Assembly: GCA_035758845.1 (NCBI GenBank)
Contig: DASTVZ010000227.1
Span: 20,491 to 84,490 of the forward strand
From: Vicinamibacterales bacterium
GTDB taxonomy: Bacteria; Acidobacteriota; Vicinamibacteria; Vicinamibacterales; 2-12-FULL-66-21
DNA length: 64,000 nt
Direction: 5' to 3'
The number at the start of each line of letters is the position of its first letter. The stretch's first letter is position 1. Of this stretch, positions 58,821-64,000 are shown in pieces. The translations under genes and the position numbers were made by a program. A model generated the notes under the pieces. It saw only the letters and a program-made list of their open reading frames with translations. It ran no database searches and was not told where the DNA came from.

Positions 58821-58983
58821 ACATGCTCCTGGCGGCGGTCGCTTCCTCCGCGCGGCTGGCGATCGCATCGACGCACGGCGCGCCCATGGCGAATCGCGAT
58901 AACCTTCGGATTATAGCGAGAACCTGATAAATTCTGCAACGAAGCCCTAACGCAGCACACGCACACGTCCGATACGATTTCAC

Positions 58984-59706
58984 GTGACTGCGGCCACCGT
59001 GACCACCACGAAAACCGTCATTGTCGCCGACGACACCGCGTTCGTGCGGGATCGATTCGCCACCGCCCTGCTGGGCGCGGGGCACACGGCGTTAACCGTG
59101 AAGAGCGCGGCGGAGCTTCTCGTGCGAGTGCGCGCCGACCTCCCGCGCATCGATCTGATCGTCCTCGATCTTCGCTTGCCGCACGCCGGCGGCGTCGAGC
59201 TCGTCAGGGCGATTCGCAAACTCGATCAGGGCCGACTGCCGATCCTGGTGTTCAGCGGCACGATTGCGACCGCCGAAGAAGTTCGCGAACTCGCAGCGCT
59301 CGGCGTCTCGGGGTACGTCAACGAGTACAGTGCCGTCCAGCACATTCTGCCTTCGCTCGCGCCGCATCTGTTTCCGGACAATTTCAATCGTCGCGGCAGT
59401 GCGAGAGTGGTTCTCGGCATTCCGGTCGCCTATCGATTCGGCAACACAATCGCCGCCGCGTTGACCTTGAACTTGAGCAAAGGCGGCCTGGCGATCCGCA
59501 CGATGAGCCCGTTGGCACAGTCATCAAAAGTGCGCGCGCGGTTCCGGCTGCCCGGATCCAAGCGCGACATCGAAGGGGAATCACGCGTGGCGTGGAGCGA
59601 TCGCCGGGTAGGAATGGGGCTGCAGTTCGAAAAGGTCGAACCGGCCGATCAGGCGGCGATCGACGAGTTCGTCGATCAGCACTTCTTTACGAACAGGAAA
59701 GCCTGA
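58984..59706 (+). CDS. Response regulator receiver domain fused to a PilZ domain
   Basis: 240 aa with a GTG start. Receiver region (VIVADD ... DLIVLDLRLP ... with a conserved Lys region) and a C-terminal RGSARV...LNLSKGGLAI...GLQF PilZ-like pattern. Confidence 0.8.
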   Translation: MTAATVTTTKTVIVADDTAFVRDRFATALLGAGHTALTVKSAAELLVRVRADLPRIDLIVLDLRLPHAGGVELVRAIRKLDQGRLPILVFSGTIATAEEVRELAALGVSGYVNEYSAVQHILPSLAPHLFPDNFNRRGSARVVLGIPVAYRFGNTIAAALTLNLSKGGLAIRTMSPLAQSSKVRARFRLPGSKRDIEGESRVAWSDRRVGMGLQFEKVEPADQAAIDEFVDQHFFTNRKA

Positions 59707-59794
59707 GAAGAAATGCTGAATGCTGTATTCTGAATGCTGAATTTGTTTGGGCTTGCGTCATTCAGCATTCAGCAATCAGACTTCAGCATTTCAC
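59704..59794. repeat. AT-rich heptamer hairpin element between the convergent RR-PilZ and P-type ATPase genes
   Basis: Arms GAAATGCTGAATGCTGTATTCTGAATGCTGAAT and ATTCAGCATTCAGCAATCAGACTTCAGCATTTC (33 nt, few mismatches), about 17-nt loop. It starts at the TGA of the RR-PilZ gene. Confidence 0.85.
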
Positions 59795-59796
59795 CT

Positions 59797-61920
59797 TCAC
59801 TCGCGCAACAGCCTCAACGCGTTAGCGATCACCACCAGCGACGCTCCCATATCCGCTGCCACCGCCATCCACAGCGTCGCCGTACCGGTCACCGCAAGGA
59901 TCAGGAACGCTCCCTTCAACACGATCGAGAACGCGATGTTCGCTCTGATGTTCCGCATCGTCGCGCGGCTGAGACGCAGGGCGTAGGGAATCTTCAGCAG
60001 TTCGTCGGCCATCAGAGCCACGTCGGCGGTTTCGAGCGCCGCATCGGTGCCGGCGGCGCCCATCGCGATGCCGACGTCGGCAGCGGCGAGTGCCGGAGCA
60101 TCGTTAACGCCATCGCCGATCATCGCCAGTGCCCCGTACTTGTGACGGAGATCTTGTACTGCCGACACTTTATCTTCGGGCAGGAGAGCCGCGCGGTACC
60201 CGTCGAGATCGAGCGACTCGGCGAGCGTCTTTGCCGCGGATTCCTGATCGCCGGTCAGCAGAATCACATGCTGGATGCCCTGATGGCGCAGCAGATCAAC
60301 GGCATCGTGAGCGGCTTCGCGCGGTTCGTCGGCAACGCCAATGACACCGATCGGCGTGCCGGCGCCAGCCACCATCACCGAACCGCAACCGCGCTCGGTG
60401 AATGCGTCGAGCGACTCCTCCATCTGCGGCGAGCACAGCCGACGCTCCTCGAATAGTCGATGGCTACCAACGACGATCGCGTGTCCGGCGACGCGCGCCT
60501 CGGCGCCACGACCGGGAAGCGCCTGAAAAGCGTCGACCGAGATCGGACGTATTCCTGAATCCGTCGCGTATTCGACGATCGCACGTCCGATTGGATGCTC
60601 GGATCGCATTTCCAGGGACGCAGCGAGTCTGACAACTTCGAGAGGATCGACGCCGACCATCGGCTGCACACCCACGACACGAAGGCGTCCGTGGGTCAAG
60701 GTGCCCGTTTTGTCGAAGGCGATACAGCGGATCGACGCCATCTTCTCGAGATGCGCACCACCTTTGATCAGGACGCCCTTGCGTGCGGCGGCGGCGAGCG
60801 CCGAGACAATGGACACAGGCGTCGAGATCACCAGTGCGCATGGACATGAGATCACCAGGAGCACAAGCGATCGGTAGAACCACGTCGACCAGCTGCCAGA
60901 GAGAAAGAGCGGCGGCGCAAGCGCCACGACGACGGCAAGCGTCAGCACGACCGGCGTGTAGACGCGGGCAAAGCGATCGACGAAGGCCTGACTCGGCGCG
61001 CGCTGCGCCTGAGCGCGCTCGACGAGATGAATGATGCGCGCGAGCGTCGAATCACGCCGCAACCGGGTGACGACGACGTCGAGCGCGCCGCGACCGTTGA
61101 TCGTGCCGGCAAACACTTCGTCGCCGGCTGTCTTCTCAATCGGCAGCGATTCGCCGGTGACGGGCGCCTGGTTCACATAGCTGTCGCCGGCCAGTACGCG
61201 GCCATCGAGGGGCAGTTTTTCACCCGGGCCTACCAGGATCGTGTCGCCGACCCGCACATCGTCCACCGGAACACGTTGCTGATGGCCGTCGCGGCGGACG
61301 ATCGCGTCGGCCGGCGCGAGATCCATCAGGGCGCGAATCGCGCCCCGTGCGCGATCCATGGCTCGGGCCTCGAGCAACTGCGCCAGCGCAAACAGGAACA
61401 CCACCGACGCCGCTTCGGTCCATTCGCCGAGCACCATTGCGCCGGCAACTGCAATCACCATCAAGACATTGATGTCGAGATGGCCCGACCGGATTGAGGT
61501 GAGGGCCCGTCGCGCCGTGAAGATGCCTCCGAGCGCGATCGAGACCGTGAACGGTATCCAGAGCCACGACGCGGGGGCGTGGAAAAGAGACGCGATCAGG
61601 CCGAGCGCGAAGGCCACGCCGGACCACACCAGCAGCTGGAGACGACTTCCTGCTGAGGCAGCGACAGGCGCCGGCTCTTCGTGTTCCAACCACGCGCGCA
61701 TACCTGTCTGAGCGACGGCTTCGGCGATTGAACCGGTGGACAGCTTCGCGGCGTCATACTTGATCCGAAGCCGCTGACCGATGACGTCCGCGTCCAGCGA
61801 TTCGAGACCGGACAGCCGTTTCAGCCGCCGCTCGAGGATTGCCACCTCCTCGTGACAGTCCATGCCTTCGACTTTGAACGTGGACTCCGCGTGGAGTTCG
61901 CAGACCTGGCACGTGCTCAT
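59797..61920 (-). CDS. Heavy-metal translocating P1B-type ATPase (Zn/Cd/Pb-type CPC motif)
   Basis: 707 aa. N-terminal HMA-like domain (KVEGMDCHEEV), TM CPC (SCPCALVISTP), DKTGTLT and GDGVNDAPAL. Confidence 0.9.
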   Translation of the reverse strand: MSTCQVCELHAESTFKVEGMDCHEEVAILERRLKRLSGLESLDADVIGQRLRIKYDAAKLSTGSIAEAVAQTGMRAWLEHEEPAPVAASAGSRLQLLVWSGVAFALGLIASLFHAPASWLWIPFTVSIALGGIFTARRALTSIRSGHLDINVLMVIAVAGAMVLGEWTEAASVVFLFALAQLLEARAMDRARGAIRALMDLAPADAIVRRDGHQQRVPVDDVRVGDTILVGPGEKLPLDGRVLAGDSYVNQAPVTGESLPIEKTAGDEVFAGTINGRGALDVVVTRLRRDSTLARIIHLVERAQAQRAPSQAFVDRFARVYTPVVLTLAVVVALAPPLFLSGSWSTWFYRSLVLLVISCPCALVISTPVSIVSALAAAARKGVLIKGGAHLEKMASIRCIAFDKTGTLTHGRLRVVGVQPMVGVDPLEVVRLAASLEMRSEHPIGRAIVEYATDSGIRPISVDAFQALPGRGAEARVAGHAIVVGSHRLFEERRLCSPQMEESLDAFTERGCGSVMVAGAGTPIGVIGVADEPREAAHDAVDLLRHQGIQHVILLTGDQESAAKTLAESLDLDGYRAALLPEDKVSAVQDLRHKYGALAMIGDGVNDAPALAAADVGIAMGAAGTDAALETADVALMADELLKIPYALRLSRATMRNIRANIAFSIVLKGAFLILAVTGTATLWMAVAADMGASLVVIANALRLLRE

Positions 61921-62291
61921 CGAGCCGTCCGCGATTCTTCGACGTGGGTCGACGCTTGTTTGAGCAGTTCGAGAATGTGCTGGTCGTCGACGGCGTAGTA
62001 GACCAGGCGTCCCGCCCGGCGCGGGCGCACGAGCCGCATGCCGCGAAGCAGCCGTAACTGATGCGACACGGCGGACTCACTGATGCCGACCAGCGATGCG
62101 ATGTCACACACGCACAGCTCGCCCGTCGACAACGCATCGAGAATCCGGACCCGTGTGGGATCTCCCAGCACGCGAAAGGTATCGGCCAGCGCTTCCACGG
62201 TTCGCGACCCCATCAGCACAGATTTGCGCTTGTCGGCGAGATGAGGCGCGTCGCACTTCTCGGCAACGTCGATTCGTTCAGCAACTGACAT
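61917..62291 (-). CDS. ArsR/SmtB family metalloregulator
   Basis: ORF 61917..62363. ATG 62291 is preferred because the operator-like palindrome lies upstream of it; ATG 62213 is also possible. ELCVCDIA (alpha3 Cys pair), HTH ISESAVSHQLRLL, and DDQH...H (alpha5-like ligands). 4-nt overlap with the ATPase. Confidence 0.8.
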   Translation of the reverse strand: MSVAERIDVAEKCDAPHLADKRKSVLMGSRTVEALADTFRVLGDPTRVRILDALSTGELCVCDIASLVGISESAVSHQLRLLRGMRLVRPRRAGRLVYYAVDDQHILELLKQASTHVEESRTAR

Positions 62292-62298
62292 CTGAATA

Positions 62299-62316
62299 TA
62301 TGAGCAAGTGCTCATA
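62299..62316. promoter_or_regulatory. Candidate ArsR/SmtB operator (8-2-8 perfect palindrome) overlapping a minus-strand promoter
   Basis: TATGAGCA-AG-TGCTCATA. On the minus strand, TTGATC (62348-62343), 17 nt, then TATTCT (62325-62320) lie immediately upstream, so the palindrome covers the expected transcription start. Confidence 0.6.
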
Positions 62317-62382
62317 CATAGAATAAGCCATTGAGCCGAGGGGATCAAGCGCTCACACGTCATGACGCCACAGCGAGGCGTC

Positions 62383-62412
62383 TTGACACATTTTTGCTGC
62401 TCTCGGTAGTAT
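62383..62412 (+). promoter_or_regulatory. Candidate sigma70-type promoter for the ABC transporter operon
   Basis: TTGACA (62383-62388), an 18-nt spacer, then TAGTAT (62407-62412). It would give a leader of about 130 nt before GTG 62549. Confidence 0.4.
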
Positions 62413-62548
62413 GCGGGATCGGACTGTAATCGGCCTTTTTTCTATACCTTACGCAGTCAGAACGGGAACGGCAAGGTTCGCGCTAGCAAGATCCGGGGAA
62501 CCCCTAGCGGCCACCCTTACCCTGGCGCAAGCAAGACGGAGTACTTGT

Positions 62549-63544
62549 GTGATTGAGGTCCAACACATCACGAAACACTACGGGCGTGTGACTGCCGTCG
62601 ACGACGTCAGTTTTCGCGTTGAACGCGGAGAGATTCTCGGCTTCCTGGGGCCGAACGGCGCCGGAAAAACCACGACGATGCGCATCCTGACCGGCTACAT
62701 GCCGCCGACAGAGGGACGCGCCGTCGTCGCCGGGTACGACGTCTTTACTCACCCCATCGAGGCGAAACAACGCACGGGGTATCTGCCAGAGACGCCGCCG
62801 CTCTATCCCGACATGACGGCGCGCGAGTATCTGGATTTCGTCGCAAAAATCAAAGGCGTCCCGGCCAGCGAACGTAAGCAGCGCGTCGAAACAGTGATGG
62901 AGCGCACGCGGATCACCGACATGGCCAACCGGCACTGCGCGAAGCTGTCGAAGGGCTATCGGCAGCGAGTCGGTCTCGCCCAGGCGCTGATTCACAACCC
63001 GGAAGTGCTCATACTCGACGAACCGACCGCGGGTCTGGACCCAAAACAGATCATCGAGACGAGAGATCTGATTCGAAGTCTGGCGGGCGATCACACGATC
63101 GTTCTGAGCACGCACATCCTCCCCGAGGTCGCGCAAACCTGTCAGCGTGTCGTGATCATCAACAAGGGACGGGTGGTCGCAGTCGACACTCCGGATAACC
63201 TGACGGCTCGATTGAAGGGGGCAGCGACGTTGTATGTCCAGGTCGACGCGCCGGGTGCGGACGCAGGTGCCGCCCTGGCCGCCGTGCGAGGCGTGACGCG
63301 CGTGGCCAGCGCCGATCAGCCACGCACGCCGACCGGCCCCGATGCGATGCCTCCGGTCTCGTCAGGACCACTGGCGTTCGAGGTCGAGAGCGAACCAGAT
63401 GTCGACGTGCGCCGCGATCTGGCGCGCGTGGTTGTCACTCGTGGATGGGGACTGCTGGAGCTTCGTCCGGTTCGAATGAGCCTGGAGGATGTGTTCCTTC
63501 AGGTCACGACTGAGGAAGGTCCGGAGGAGGCGCCGCATGCGTAA
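62549..63544 (+). CDS. ABC transporter ATP-binding protein (ABC-2 / GldA-like subfamily) with a C-terminal extension
   Basis: ORF 62411..63544 trimmed to GTG 62549 (GGAG 7 nt upstream), giving (V)IEVQHITKHYG. Walker A GPNGAGKTT, signature LSKGYRQR and Walker B LILDEPTAGLD. Confidence 0.88.
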   Translation: MIEVQHITKHYGRVTAVDDVSFRVERGEILGFLGPNGAGKTTTMRILTGYMPPTEGRAVVAGYDVFTHPIEAKQRTGYLPETPPLYPDMTAREYLDFVAKIKGVPASERKQRVETVMERTRITDMANRHCAKLSKGYRQRVGLAQALIHNPEVLILDEPTAGLDPKQIIETRDLIRSLAGDHTIVLSTHILPEVAQTCQRVVIINKGRVVAVDTPDNLTARLKGAATLYVQVDAPGADAGAALAAVRGVTRVASADQPRTPTGPDAMPPVSSGPLAFEVESEPDVDVRRDLARVVVTRGWGLLELRPVRMSLEDVFLQVTTEEGPEEAPHA

Positions 63545-64000
63545 CATCCTGGCAATCGCGGAAAAAGAGCTGCGCTCGTATTTTGCCTCTCCAATCGCGT
63601 ACATCCTGATCGGCCTCTTTTCGCTGCTGTTCGGGTGGTTCTTCTACGTCTACCTGATGGCCTTCGTGCAGCAAAGCGAACAGATGATGCAATTTGGCGG
63701 CGGCGCCGGCACGAACGTGAATCAAATGATGATTCGCGGGCTGTTCCAGAACACGGCGGTGATCATCTTGTTCGTCATGCCGATGATCACGATGCGGACC
63801 TACTCGGAAGAAAAACGATCGGGCACGGTGGAGCTCTTGCTGACCTCTCCGGTCACCGATTTGGAGATCATCATCGGCAAGTTCATTGGCGCGCTCGCGC
63901 TCTACGCCGCCATGCTCCTGGTGACGATGCTCTATATCCTCATCCTCTTCAAAATCGGCAACCCTGAATGGCGGCCGATCGTCGCCGGTTATCTCGGCCT
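63537..64000 (+). CDS. ABC-2 type transporter permease (GldF-like), 5' part; continues beyond the window
   Basis: Own translation from ATG 63537: MRNILAIAEKELRSYFASPIAYILIGLFSLLFGWFFY...EEKRSGTVELLLTSPV... This is the typical ABC-2 permease N-terminus. It overlaps the ATPase stop by 8 nt and is not in the ORF track because it has no stop in the window. Confidence 0.8.
   Translation, partial: MRNILAIAEKELRSYFASPIAYILIGLFSLLFGWFFYVYLMAFVQQSEQMMQFGGGAGTNVNQMMIRGLFQNTAVIILFVMPMITMRTYSEEKRSGTVELLLTSPVTDLEIIIGKFIGALALYAAMLLVTMLYILILFKIGNPEWRPIVAGYLG

Overview
GC-rich bacterial chromosomal segment. It is probably Acidobacteriota: that is inferred from an ADOP-type duplicated FtsX permease, paired VWFA proteins of the acidobacterial type and the general gene content, and it was not verified by any search. 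The window is densely packed with about 65 protein-coding genes of core metabolism. I recognised no rRNA, tRNA, CRISPR array, transposase, integrase or phage genes. Order of blocks: (1) reductive pyrimidine catabolism (preA fragment, beta-ureidopropionase, aldehyde dehydrogenase, dihydropyrimidinase, NCS1 permease); (2) membrane proteins, a solitary dynamin-like GTPase, a desaturase and an EamA transporter; (3) a stand-alone F0 module (AtpZ/AtpI-like, atpB, atpE); (4) two VWA proteins; (5) a heme cluster (ccsA/hemX-like, hemA, hemC, cobA-hemD, hemB ... hemL) interrupted by an opposite-strand ADOP permease; (6) ispG, MATE, DUF1028, then rseP-dxr-cdsA-uppS, truA and pyrE; (7) envelope genes (TolC, GT2, GT4) and a 1134-aa secreted protein with 4 CARDB repeats and a Calx-beta domain; (8) de novo pyrimidine genes (pyrR-pyrB-pyrC plus an extra PRTase; pyrK-pyrD-pyrF); (9) Pal, a methyltransferase and a GT-C-like membrane protein; (10) larE with a LysW-like zinc-ribbon protein carrying a polyacidic tail, and a receiver-PilZ regulator; (11) an ArsR/P-type ATPase metal module and the start of an ABC-2 transporter. 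The unusual signals are non-coding or architectural. A 28-bp perfect inverted repeat made of 10-11 bp G-run/GTCAGAC units brackets the ADOP permease. The last 29 codons of pyrB are duplicated with only synonymous differences, flanking a GC-rich REP-like element. That REP-like family places a 9-bp GC hairpin directly against the Shine-Dalgarno of atpZ and cdsA. An AT-rich GCTGAAT/GCTGATT heptamer hairpin family sits on or next to stop codons. The LysW-like gene and larE form a tight gene pair.
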